From a virus (taxonomy: Duplodnaviria > Caudoviricetes): DNA of 59,134 nucleotides. Below are positions 46,656-56,340 of the stretch, piece after piece; the first letter of the stretch is position 1, and every line of letters starts with the position of its first letter. The notes beneath the pieces were generated by a model. The model made no database searches and had not been told where the DNA came from. It saw nothing but the letters and a program-made list of their open reading frames with translations. The stretch is from positions 1 to 59,134 of the IMG/VR virus record IMGVR_UViG_3300030060_005339; one strand, written 5' to 3'. Made by a program: the position numbers and the translations under genes.

Positions 46656-46704
46656 CACTTTAAGACGTGTTCAAATATATAACGAAGAATAAAGGACGGA
46701 ACTT

Positions 46705-48153
46705 ATGGAACTTAACAATTACGAATTCAAGAGCGAGCCCTACCAGCATCAATTAGAAACTCTCCAAGAAAGTTACCATCGTAACCTATTTGCATTGTTT
46801 TTGGAAATGGGACTGGGTAAATCTAAAATTCTCCTGGACAACGCAGGTATTTTATTTGAAGAAGGTAAAATATCTGGACTGCTTATCGTGTCACCGAAAG
46901 GTAACCTACGAAACTGGGACATCAATGAAGTAAACAAACATCTGCCTGACCGTATAGAACGTAACGTATTAGTATGGCAACCAAACCACACACAGAAATG
47001 GTTGCATGACTTTAAGAAGATGGTCAACGAACCAAGCGACGGCACATTAAATATCTTTCTAGTTAATGTAGAAGCTTTTGCTACAGTCAAGGCATGTAAA
47101 TTTGTAGAAGAGTTTATGGTTACACACGATGTAATGATGGCTGTAGATGAATCTACCACGATCAAGAATCCAAAAGCCAAACGCACACAACATCTTATTA
47201 AGTTGGCACCACTAGCAGACTACAGAAGAATACTTACAGGCTTTCCAATAACTAAGGCCCCACTTGATCTGTACTCACAATGTTATTTCTTATCTCCTAA
47301 CCTGCTGGGATTCAGCAGTTTCTACGCTTTTCAAGCTAGGTACGCAATCACACAACGCAGACAAATGGGCAAACATGCTTTTCAACAGATAGTTGGATTT
47401 CAGAAACTAGAGGAGCTGCAACAATCGATCAAGGACTTTTCTATACGTAAGATAAAAGATGAGTGTTTAGACTTGCCTGAGAAAGTTTATGTAAGACGAC
47501 ACGTAGAACTAACTGACGAACAAAACAAAGCATACGGCACAATGAAACGTGAAGCACTTATGGTATTAGAAGATGAATTGTTTTCTACTATGAACGTACT
47601 GACTCAGCTGATGCGCTTACAACAAGTGGTGGCAGGTAGTTTACGTAACGAAGAAGGTGAAACAATTATATTAAAGAACAACAGAGTGCAGACGGTATTG
47701 GACTTATTAGAAGAAACATCTGGCAAAGTTGTGATCTTTGCAGTTTTTCAAACAGATATACAAGAACTAGAACGAGCCATCACTGAGAAGTTCGGTCAAG
47801 GTTCTGTTGCATCTTACTATGGCCATACACCGCAGGACGAACGACAAAACATTATTGAGAAGTTTCAGGATCCTGACAGTGAGTTAAGATACTTTGTGTC
47901 AAACCCACAGACAGGTGGCAGAGGTATTACGCTTACGGAAGCCAGCACAATGATATTTTATTCTAACTCCTACGACCTAGAACTTAGAGTACAAGCCGAA
48001 GATCGCATACATAGGATCGGACAGGAACGCAGTTGTACTTATATAGACCTAGTGTCACAAGGCACAGTTGATGAACAAATACTTAAAAATTTGTTGAGCA
48101 AGGTTAAGATCAGTAACGAAGTTCTTGGGGAGGTTCGCAGTTGGTTCCAATAA
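46705..48153 (+). CDS. SNF2-family (SF2) helicase
   Basis: EMGLGKS, VDEST, LTGFP, GITLT, QAEDRIHRIGQ. Confidence 0.95.
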   Translation: MELNNYEFKSEPYQHQLETLQESYHRNLFALFLEMGLGKSKILLDNAGILFEEGKISGLLIVSPKGNLRNWDINEVNKHLPDRIERNVLVWQPNHTQKWLHDFKKMVNEPSDGTLNIFLVNVEAFATVKACKFVEEFMVTHDVMMAVDESTTIKNPKAKRTQHLIKLAPLADYRRILTGFPITKAPLDLYSQCYFLSPNLLGFSSFYAFQARYAITQRRQMGKHAFQQIVGFQKLEELQQSIKDFSIRKIKDECLDLPEKVYVRRHVELTDEQNKAYGTMKREALMVLEDELFSTMNVLTQLMRLQQVVAGSLRNEEGETIILKNNRVQTVLDLLEETSGKVVIFAVFQTDIQELERAITEKFGQGSVASYYGHTPQDERQNIIEKFQDPDSELRYFVSNPQTGGRGITLTEASTMIFYSNSYDLELRVQAEDRIHRIGQERSCTYIDLVSQGTVDEQILKNLLSKVKISNEVLGEVRSWFQ

Positions 48154-48174
48154 AGGCTATAATTTATAGTCTAT

Positions 48175-48525
48175 ATGGAAGAAGCAATAAAATTTATTAA
48201 TGAAGTAGGCTTTCCTATTGCTGCTGCACTAGGTTTAGGTTTCTTTATATGGAAACTTATCAATAGAATTATTGATGGTATGGAAACTAAGTTAGATGTC
48301 TTAGATGATAAAGTAGCTGATCAGATAGAACAAATGGAACTACGTCTCGGCACAAAACTAGACTCTCAACATGGTATCTTAGTGGCTCTTATAGATCGTG
48401 TAAGAAGTTTAGATAATGAGATAATTAGACAGGATACTCTTATAAAAACAATACTTGGTGTGCCACAACTGATAGATAGCAACAAGATTGCGAAAGCAGA
48501 TAGAGACGACCAGAGGAAAGATTGA
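48175..48525 (+). CDS. Membrane-anchored coiled-coil protein, first gene of the curli-like operon
   Basis: VGFPIAAALGLGFFIW TM segment; TATAAT upstream; coupled to csgF. Confidence 0.75.
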   Translation: MEEAIKFINEVGFPIAAALGLGFFIWKLINRIIDGMETKLDVLDDKVADQIEQMELRLGTKLDSQHGILVALIDRVRSLDNEIIRQDTLIKTILGVPQLIDSNKIAKADRDDQRKD

Positions 48526-48992
48526 TGGCTCCTAAACGCCCTGATGAAATATTACTCTTAGCTTCTATGATAATAGTAATGTTTGTTGGTTTAGCTGTGC
48601 AAGCAGATGAAATGACCCACAAGTTTAAAAATCCTAGCTTTTCAGGGATAGGCACTTCTAGTCATTATTTAACTATAGAAAATCAAGAGTTCAATAGAAA
48701 AGAAGCTATACGTGAAGAGATCAAAGCCTACGTAGAAGATTTAGAAAGAGAAGCTGAGAACACAACCTTAGCTAGATTCATACGTAACTTAGAGAGTAGA
48801 ATATACGCACAACTTTCAAGACAGCTAGTAGATAGTTTGTTTGGTGAAACTGCATCTGATTTTGGTGTTCTAGAATTAGAAGGCAATACTATAGAATATC
48901 GGGTAGAAGACGACAAAGTAACATTAATAATAACAGATGAAGAAGGCGATACAACAGAGATTACTGTACCTCTCGGTTCTTTTACTTTCTAG
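48522..48992 (+). CDS. csgF: Curli assembly protein CsgF-like
   Basis: Signal peptide ending AVQA, then mature N-terminus DEMTHKFKNPSFSG (compare CsgF FRNPNFGG); C-terminal GDTTEITVP. Confidence 0.85.
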   Translation: MMAPKRPDEILLLASMIIVMFVGLAVQADEMTHKFKNPSFSGIGTSSHYLTIENQEFNRKEAIREEIKAYVEDLEREAENTTLARFIRNLESRIYAQLSRQLVDSLFGETASDFGVLELEGNTIEYRVEDDKVTLIITDEEGDTTEITVPLGSFTF

Positions 48993-49749
48993 TTGTGCAT
49001 TACTTGTAGACCCCTTAAACAATGGTGTACCACCACTACGAGATGTTGAACCTGCAAAAGTAAATTCTCTTCTTGTTACAGCACTTAAAGAACTAGACCC
49101 CCCTGTTAAAAAACCTATTGTTGCAGTTTACTCAACAAGTTTTCAAGATGATACAGGCCAACGTAGATCCAACAGTCAATACGCTAGTTTCAGTACAGCC
49201 ATCACTTCTTCTCCTGATGCCTATTTAATCCGAGCTCTTAAACACTCTAATTTTTTTGACGTGGTAGAACGCAAAGGACTAGATCATCTTACAAAAGAAA
49301 GACAAATAATTCGTTCTGCTAGAGAAAAGTTTGATGAAAAACAACAACTTAAACCTTTGCTTTTTGCTGGGCTACTTATGGAAGGGGGAGTCATAGGGTA
49401 TGAAACAAACGTAAAGTCTGGTGGAGCTGGAGCTAGGTATCTTGGAATTGGAGCATCCAAAGAATACAGACAAGACAGTATTACTGTGTCATTGCGAACA
49501 ATCTCTGTTCTTACAGGTAAAGTTTTAATAGAAATTTTAGTTACCAAAAGTGTTTTGAGTGCTTCTGTATCACAAGACGTTTTTAAGTTCTATAGTAATA
49601 ACACTGAATTAGTTGAAATTGAGAGCGGTATAGTAGAAAATGAATCTGTAAATATAGCATTACAGACAGCTGTGGAAACAGCAGTCTTACAAACGATACT
49701 CGAAGGCTTAGAACTAGGGTATTGGGAGCAAAGAAGTGAGAATGAATAA
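48937..49749 (+). CDS. csgG: Curli secretion pore lipoprotein CsgG-like
   Basis: Lipobox LLLSS-C; FQDDTGQR, FSTAIT, VVERKGLDHLTKERQIIR, EGGVIGYETNVKSGGAGARYLGIG. Confidence 0.93.
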   Translation: MKKAIQQRLLYLSVLLLSSCALLVDPLNNGVPPLRDVEPAKVNSLLVTALKELDPPVKKPIVAVYSTSFQDDTGQRRSNSQYASFSTAITSSPDAYLIRALKHSNFFDVVERKGLDHLTKERQIIRSAREKFDEKQQLKPLLFAGLLMEGGVIGYETNVKSGGAGARYLGIGASKEYRQDSITVSLRTISVLTGKVLIEILVTKSVLSASVSQDVFKFYSNNTELVEIESGIVENESVNIALQTAVETAVLQTILEGLELGYWEQRSENE

Positions 49750-50458
49750 ACTACTTATATCGTTGTTTTTAATAGCAACACCCCTCTATGCAGCCGACAA
49801 CGAAGTGTATATAGACCAATCTGGTGCTACGTCTAACTTAGACATAGAACAAGTTGGCGGTGGCGGTAATATTATCGGAGGTTCAGATGCTACAGCTGGT
49901 GCCTCTAATATGACTCCGTTAGATTTAGATGGCGCAACTATGACTTTGGACGTATTGCAAAAAGGATCTACTAACAAATTCCTTGGTGATATATGGGCAG
50001 ATAACTACACAGGTTACTTTTCATTTATAGGTGACAGTAATACATTTAATATGTCTACAGATGAAACAAACGCCACAGGAGCAGATGGTTCTAATGTAAA
50101 CGTACAGGTTACGGGTAACACAAACACCATGACACTTAATCACGGCATGACTGCACTAGCAGCTAATCTAGACTTAGATTGGATCGTACAGGGTGGAGGT
50201 AACAGTATTACAGCAGCCATAGATGTAGATGGAGCTACTAACTACATGGATATTGATGGTGATGATAATACAGTTACTTATGATGGTGACGGTTACGCAG
50301 GTGGCTACTTTTATCTAGATCATACAGGCAGCACAAGAACATTTAATATAGACCAGGAATCTACATCAGATAATGATTGGCTCAAGATTACCTCTGTTGG
50401 CTCTAATGGCACAGTCTGTGTTACTCAGTCAGACGCAGGAAATTCATTCGTCTGTTGA
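49736..50458 (+). CDS. Secreted curlin-like / beta-solenoid protein
   Basis: Signal peptide LYA; repeated IxQxGxxN and GxxN strands (IDQSGATSN, IEQVGGGGN, VLQKGSTN, VQVTGNTN, IVQGGGN). Confidence 0.65.
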   Translation: MRMNKLLISLFLIATPLYAADNEVYIDQSGATSNLDIEQVGGGGNIIGGSDATAGASNMTPLDLDGATMTLDVLQKGSTNKFLGDIWADNYTGYFSFIGDSNTFNMSTDETNATGADGSNVNVQVTGNTNTMTLNHGMTALAANLDLDWIVQGGGNSITAAIDVDGATNYMDIDGDDNTVTYDGDGYAGGYFYLDHTGSTRTFNIDQESTSDNDWLKITSVGSNGTVCVTQSDAGNSFVC

Positions 50459-51488
50459 TATAGGTTCTATATCTGAACTTAGAGGTAACGCACAAGTTCT
50501 AAGAGACAAAGCGTACGGAGCTGAGTTGCAGTTCGACATACAACAAATGGATGATGTCCGCACAGAAGCGGGCAGAGTTGCTATAACATTTGAGGACAGC
50601 TCTACAGTCAAACTAACAGAGCACTCTAAGTTAGTTATAGACGAATACATTTATGACCCTGACCCGTCAAAATCTAAAATGGCCTTAAAGTTTGCCAGTG
50701 GCACAGCACGATTTATCACAGGTAAGTTTAATAACAAAAGTAACATATCTATTAAAACTCCTACGGCAGACATAGCAATACGTGGTACCGACTTTACTTG
50801 CACCGTAGACGAGTTAGGTAGGTCTCTTGTCATACTGTTACCAGACGAGAACGGTATATCCAGCGGAGAAATATTAGTAACAACCGCAGCGGGTAGCGTA
50901 ACCTTAAATAAACCATACCAGGCAACGACTGTATCTGTGTATGAAAACAGCCCTACGAAACCAGTTACATTAGATATATCGTTAGACTTGATAGATAACA
51001 TGCTTATTGTTAATCCGCCTGAACAAACGCAAGAAGATTTAGAGCAGACACGAACGCAAACTTCAGCCGACTATTTAGATTTTAACGACCTAGATATAGA
51101 TTTTTTAAATGAAGACTTTCTTGATGCAGAACAGAATCTAGAATTTACAGAGTTAGACATTAACTATTTAGACGTAAACTTCCTAGAAGACTTGCTCAAC
51201 GTACTAGACGCATTAGCAATATCTAAAGAAGAAGACCAATTAAAACAAGGCGGTGTAGGCATTCGTATAGTTGGTACAGAAATAGGACAAGATAAAGATA
51301 CACAAATAACAACGATCATTGCAGGGCAAAAAATTAGTTTAATCAGAGCAGTTAATCAAAGTGCTAGACTGGACTTAGATGGATCACAAAGCTATACGGT
51401 CATATTGATACAGGATGGTGTAACAAATACAGTTAAAGTTAACGGTGGGTCTTCTACAACGATTACAATAAAACAAGGAACAGAATGA
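50373..51488 (+). CDS. FecR-domain periplasmic protein
   Basis: DDVRTEAGRVAITFEDSSTVKLTEHSKLVIDEY...TPTADIAIRGTDF FecR signature; acidic middle; beta-rich C-terminus. Confidence 0.85.
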   Translation: MIGSRLPLLALMAQSVLLSQTQEIHSSVDIGSISELRGNAQVLRDKAYGAELQFDIQQMDDVRTEAGRVAITFEDSSTVKLTEHSKLVIDEYIYDPDPSKSKMALKFASGTARFITGKFNNKSNISIKTPTADIAIRGTDFTCTVDELGRSLVILLPDENGISSGEILVTTAAGSVTLNKPYQATTVSVYENSPTKPVTLDISLDLIDNMLIVNPPEQTQEDLEQTRTQTSADYLDFNDLDIDFLNEDFLDAEQNLEFTELDINYLDVNFLEDLLNVLDALAISKEEDQLKQGGVGIRIVGTEIGQDKDTQITTIIAGQKISLIRAVNQSARLDLDGSQSYTVILIQDGVTNTVKVNGGSSTTITIKQGTE

Positions 51489-53227
51489 AAAAACTCCGAC
51501 TACCAGGTTTGATAGCTTTACTTGGACTACCTTTAGTCTTACAGCTTACTCCTTTAGAGATACTAAAGCTCAAGGTGTTTGATGCGTGGACGAAGGACCA
51601 AGAACCTTCTGGGTACTTTACGGTGCTGAACATTACCGAAGAGGATATTGCAAATGAAGGAGGATACCCTTTATCTAGGCAGACACTAGCACAAATTCAA
51701 ATTAACCTTTTACGTAAAGGGGCAACTGGAGTGGGATGGGTAATAGCTTTTCCACAGCCTGATAGATTTGGTGGCGACTTTGAGTTTGCAGAAGCTTTAT
51801 CTTTTTCTCCCAGTGTACTAGCCATGTTTGAAGGAGAAGGTGACTATCCTCCAACCACAGGGACAGTTATTTTGGGAGAAGACACGGGTGGCATTTTAGC
51901 TACGGGAGCTATACAAAACATTAAAGTGTTACAGAAAAGTGCAACACAGGGTCTAGCTGTAGCCAGGACAGATGTAGATAATTTAGTTCGCAGATTACCT
52001 TTGTTGATGCGCACACCTGATGGGTGGGTATCTGCATACGGTACAGAAGTATTGAAAGTTTTAGCGGGAGCAGACACTTACGTTATAAAGACGAATGATA
52101 ATGGTATAGAAGAAATCAGGGTAAAAGGGCTCCCACCAGTAAAAACAGACAGTTTAGGGCGCAAGTGGATAAGTTTCGTGAATACCCCGCAAACAAATTT
52201 AAAAGAAATGGATGTAGAAAATAAATTTGTTTTTGTGGGATTTACTGCAAAAGGTATTATGCCTCAACTCGCTACACCTGTAGGTCTGCTAGAACCACAT
52301 AAAATACAAGCAGCTTTAGCTGAATCTATACTTATACAAGATAGTCCTTACATACCAGATTACGCATTGGCTGTAGAAATGGCAGCCTTATTATTAGGCA
52401 TAGCTATGATGTGGTCACTGATTAATTTCTTGGGGATAACGTTGGGGATAAGTTTAGCTGTGTCTACCATGGCCTTAACTTTATTCGCAGGTTATAGCGT
52501 GGCACAACAAGGAGTATTGATAGATGTAACGTGGACTTTGATAGCAGAGTTTATAACGGCCACTGTAGCTTTCTACACACGATTCAGAGAACAGTACAAA
52601 CTACGACAACAAATCAAGAAACAGTTTGAACATTACCTCGATCCTAGACAGGTCAAGGCTTTACAAAAAGATCCTAGTTTACTGAAGTTGGGCGGAGAAC
52701 GAAGGAACTGTACGTTTTTGTTTACAGATGTACGTGGCTTCACTGCAATGAGTGAGCGCATGGATCCTGAGTTAGTGACTGTAATTATGAATGAAGCACT
52801 AACGATACAATCTGATACAGTTAAAAAATATGGTGGAATGATAGACAAGTATATTGGCGATGCGATGTTTGCCATATTTAATGCGCCCATAGATATGGTT
52901 AATCACGAAGAAGCTGCTGTGTTATGTGCACAAGAAATACAAAAACAGTTTAAAGAATCTTCTATTGGAGTTGAGATAGGCGTAGGAGTTAATACTGGCG
53001 AGGCAATTATTGGGAATATGGGAAGTGCAACACGGTTTGATTACACAGCTATTGGGGATGCAGTAAACCTTGCAGCCAGGCTAGAGTCAAGCACCAAAGA
53101 AGTAGGTAAAGACATAGTAATAGGAGAGTCTACAGCACAAGCATGTTCTTTCCCTTTAGCGGTGCTGCCTTCGATTACTGTTAAGGGTAAACAGGATAGA
53201 ATAAACATATTCACCTTGATGCCCTAA
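51485..53227 (+). CDS. CHASE2-domain membrane class III adenylate cyclase
   Basis: N-terminal TM, CHASE2-like region (DVDNLVRRLPL), 3 TMs, then FTDVRGFT, DKYIGDA and DYTAIGDAVNLAARLES. Confidence 0.93.
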   Translation: MKKLRLPGLIALLGLPLVLQLTPLEILKLKVFDAWTKDQEPSGYFTVLNITEEDIANEGGYPLSRQTLAQIQINLLRKGATGVGWVIAFPQPDRFGGDFEFAEALSFSPSVLAMFEGEGDYPPTTGTVILGEDTGGILATGAIQNIKVLQKSATQGLAVARTDVDNLVRRLPLLMRTPDGWVSAYGTEVLKVLAGADTYVIKTNDNGIEEIRVKGLPPVKTDSLGRKWISFVNTPQTNLKEMDVENKFVFVGFTAKGIMPQLATPVGLLEPHKIQAALAESILIQDSPYIPDYALAVEMAALLLGIAMMWSLINFLGITLGISLAVSTMALTLFAGYSVAQQGVLIDVTWTLIAEFITATVAFYTRFREQYKLRQQIKKQFEHYLDPRQVKALQKDPSLLKLGGERRNCTFLFTDVRGFTAMSERMDPELVTVIMNEALTIQSDTVKKYGGMIDKYIGDAMFAIFNAPIDMVNHEEAAVLCAQEIQKQFKESSIGVEIGVGVNTGEAIIGNMGSATRFDYTAIGDAVNLAARLESSTKEVGKDIVIGESTAQACSFPLAVLPSITVKGKQDRINIFTLMP

Positions 53228-53244
53228 TCATATAAACTAAGTTT

Positions 53245-56200
53245 ATGTCCATATTTTTTGGTAAAGACATTACAGCAGAGGATTTAGCTGCGGGTAGGTT
53301 ACAAGGTTCTGAAAAAGAAAAATCAGCTGTTAGTAAAGCTTTGCGATTTGGCTTAGACCAGCCAACAGAGAATGTTGCAACAACATTACGAGCACTAGGA
53401 TTTGACACACAAGCAGATACTTTAAGTGGCTTAATAGATGCCCCTGAAAATTATGACTCAAAAGCTGCTCAGTTTGTAGGAGAGGAGGGAATGTACGACT
53501 TTAGTGCTCTGCCTCTAGCCGTAGTAGAACAAGCGGGGCAGCTAGGCGGATCTTTATTATCTAGGAGTATTGGTGCAGGAGCAGGACTAGCAGTTGGTGG
53601 TCTTCCTGGAGCATTTATCGGCGGTTTACTTGGACCAGGGTTATTCGAAGCTGTGCAGATAGCAGGGCCAGTAGCCTTAGAAAGAGCTAGAAATGCTAAT
53701 CCTCCTAGAGAAGAGCCAGATATTTCTGATTGGGCAGCTGCTTTAGGCACTGCAACTTTTTCTGGAGTCTTAAATGCTATCGGTGCTAAAAACATTGGTA
53801 AATTAAACACTACATTAGTTGGTACAGGAGTGCGAGAAGGGAGCACAGAGTTCTTACAAGGACTCACCGAACAGTTTGGTAGCACAGCTGGTACAGACAA
53901 GGGACTAGAGTTAGATTTGAGACAAGCAGGTGGTGAAGGATTGATAGGTGGTTTTGCTGGAACATCTGCACAAATTCCTTCTTCTACATTAAACACAGCT
54001 CAATCATTGGAAGATCTTAGGCAAGACATAATCGGAGACAGCATAACAAATGCAATGTTTGACCAAACTACACCTGACCAGGCTGTAGAAGAAATGGGAG
54101 AGCAATTAATGTTAACGGAGCAAACTGTACAAAATATAGAGCAGTTTGAACAAGAAGCCGATCAATATGACCCTGATGACCCAGGAGCTTTTACTGATGA
54201 AGACATTATTCAAGAATTCTTAACAACTAACGATCAGTATTTAGAAAATTTAATTGAAACTGAATTTGGAAATCAATTAACTAGAGATCAACAATTTCAA
54301 TTGTTTGTAAATGTACAAGACTACATAAGAAATCATTTTGAATTTTTCGATCCTCGAACAACTGTTTCGCCACGAGAAGCATTAGCTCAAATGGCTCAAA
54401 CTGTTCAACAAGAATCGACAGCATTTTTAGACAGGGCCAACTTAGAACAAGTTGAATCAGGGACAGACCCGCGTTATGTTGGACCACAGTCTATGAATGT
54501 AAATCTTAACGCTAAGGAAGAATTATATAATCAAGGTGGAGCAGGCATAACGTCTATAGAATCAGGCATCGATCCTAATTTCTTAACGCAATCAATTTTA
54601 ATAGAAGATGGAATATTAGACCAACGTTTACCTAAGGATCCTAACAAACTTGTAAATCCTCAAGGGCTACTGCAAGAATTAGGCGTAAAAGAAACTGACA
54701 AAAATTGGTTCGAAACATCAAAAAGAGGTAGCAAAAAAGTTGTTAGTGAAGTTGTGAACACAGAGATAGCTCCTTTCTTAAAAGCTAAAAAAGACGCAGG
54801 AGAAAAAGTTACCCGTGCAGAAATAGAAAACATACTTTACGATTCTTTAAGTCGTCATAATTCTTTTTACCGAGAAGGTATGGAAACTGAGCATCGAGGC
54901 GGGCATACTTTTGCAGGCGAGGGACTAGGAGATTTATTCCCTGAAGTAGTCGACGTAGATAATTATTTTGAATTGTGGAATCATTATATTCCATTAATAC
55001 CTGGCAATTCTGCACTAGAAAATAGTCCTTATTTTAATCGTGATGGCAACGATAATTTGCATAATCCTCATGGAGATGGAGCAAACATGTGGACAAGAGG
55101 GTTTAAGGTAAGCCACCCACAAGGACTAGGAACAGGAAAATTAATTGCGGAAAATCAATCTAAACTTCACGGGCACTCACAAGACCCAAATAAAACTAGA
55201 GAAATGTATCTCTCTTCAGTAAACGTTGTTGAAGATACAACAGAAATAGACAATATTAGAAACAGAAGAGCAGATTATGACAGGGCTTACAATAATTTTG
55301 CGGAAGAGGTAGCTAATAAAAATACGACTGATGATACCTCGGTGTCACGAGCCATGGATACAGTTGCAACTTTGCTTTTAGAAGAGCCAAGCCAGTACGA
55401 CAATTACAGAGATGAAGCACTGTTAAATATAGATAAAGAGTTAAGTTCAATATCAAACGAATATGCAAACGAAGTAAAAAAACTAAGAACAAAACAAGCT
55501 AAAGAAAATAACGATGCTTTTGTAGATATAATTAATATAACGCAGCCTCTTGGCTCGATAGGTATATTGATAGATCAAGATAGTTTTCAAAACTTTATGG
55601 ACCAACCTGCACAAGCTTTAGATGTTTTTGAAAGTGCTGGAAGACAAAGAAGAAATAAATTTATTGAGTACGTCCTTGCTAACCACGGAGTCAATTTAAA
55701 TCTTGGAAGGATAGAAGATCCAGACACTTTTAGACCTATAGATCAAGAAATTTTAAATTTAGCCGATAGACCTAATTTAACAATAAACGAAAAACACGCT
55801 AAAGAAAAAGTAGAGTTGATATTGGACTATAGTCCTAAACTGGCTGATAAATACAACACGTTTAACAATTTAATAATAGCATCCGATAATTATCCTTCTA
55901 TGGCAGAGTCAAGACAGTTGGAAGAATTTGAAGGCAGAAGCAGAGAAGATAGAATACTGTACCCAGACTATCCGTTTAAAAACAATTACTCTGTAATGAA
56001 TTTAAGACGCGTGGTGACTAAGAGCATAAAAGACGGAGACGATTTTGTGTTTATAGGCAGCGGCGGAAAAGGAGGAGCTCCTGAGTCTGTGTATAAAGCT
56101 CAGAAAAAAGAAGCTGGAAACATTGCAGAAGTCATAGCCAGTTACCAAGATGCTTTGAAAGCGGAAGATTTATTTAAAGTGTTGCCAGATTCAGCAGACG

Positions 56201-56340
56201 TGCCAGGAGGCCCGTACTACGCATTGGACATAAGGCCGTTGAAACAGTTGATAGAAGCCAAAGTATTTAAAGGTTTCAAGGGCTATAAAGAAGGTGGTTT
56301 GGTTATGAACTATGGTGATTATGGAAGGAGTTATATTTAA
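53245..56340 (+). CDS. Large protein (1031 aa), polyvalent or ejection-protein-like
   Basis: G/A-rich N-terminus like 33769; LIAENQSKLH...YPFKN region; ends YKEGGLV. Confidence 0.7.
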   Translation: MSIFFGKDITAEDLAAGRLQGSEKEKSAVSKALRFGLDQPTENVATTLRALGFDTQADTLSGLIDAPENYDSKAAQFVGEEGMYDFSALPLAVVEQAGQLGGSLLSRSIGAGAGLAVGGLPGAFIGGLLGPGLFEAVQIAGPVALERARNANPPREEPDISDWAAALGTATFSGVLNAIGAKNIGKLNTTLVGTGVREGSTEFLQGLTEQFGSTAGTDKGLELDLRQAGGEGLIGGFAGTSAQIPSSTLNTAQSLEDLRQDIIGDSITNAMFDQTTPDQAVEEMGEQLMLTEQTVQNIEQFEQEADQYDPDDPGAFTDEDIIQEFLTTNDQYLENLIETEFGNQLTRDQQFQLFVNVQDYIRNHFEFFDPRTTVSPREALAQMAQTVQQESTAFLDRANLEQVESGTDPRYVGPQSMNVNLNAKEELYNQGGAGITSIESGIDPNFLTQSILIEDGILDQRLPKDPNKLVNPQGLLQELGVKETDKNWFETSKRGSKKVVSEVVNTEIAPFLKAKKDAGEKVTRAEIENILYDSLSRHNSFYREGMETEHRGGHTFAGEGLGDLFPEVVDVDNYFELWNHYIPLIPGNSALENSPYFNRDGNDNLHNPHGDGANMWTRGFKVSHPQGLGTGKLIAENQSKLHGHSQDPNKTREMYLSSVNVVEDTTEIDNIRNRRADYDRAYNNFAEEVANKNTTDDTSVSRAMDTVATLLLEEPSQYDNYRDEALLNIDKELSSISNEYANEVKKLRTKQAKENNDAFVDIINITQPLGSIGILIDQDSFQNFMDQPAQALDVFESAGRQRRNKFIEYVLANHGVNLNLGRIEDPDTFRPIDQEILNLADRPNLTINEKHAKEKVELILDYSPKLADKYNTFNNLIIASDNYPSMAESRQLEEFEGRSREDRILYPDYPFKNNYSVMNLRRVVTKSIKDGDDFVFIGSGGKGGAPESVYKAQKKEAGNIAEVIASYQDALKAEDLFKVLPDSADVPGGPYYALDIRPLKQLIEAKVFKGFKGYKEGGLVMNYGDYGRSYI

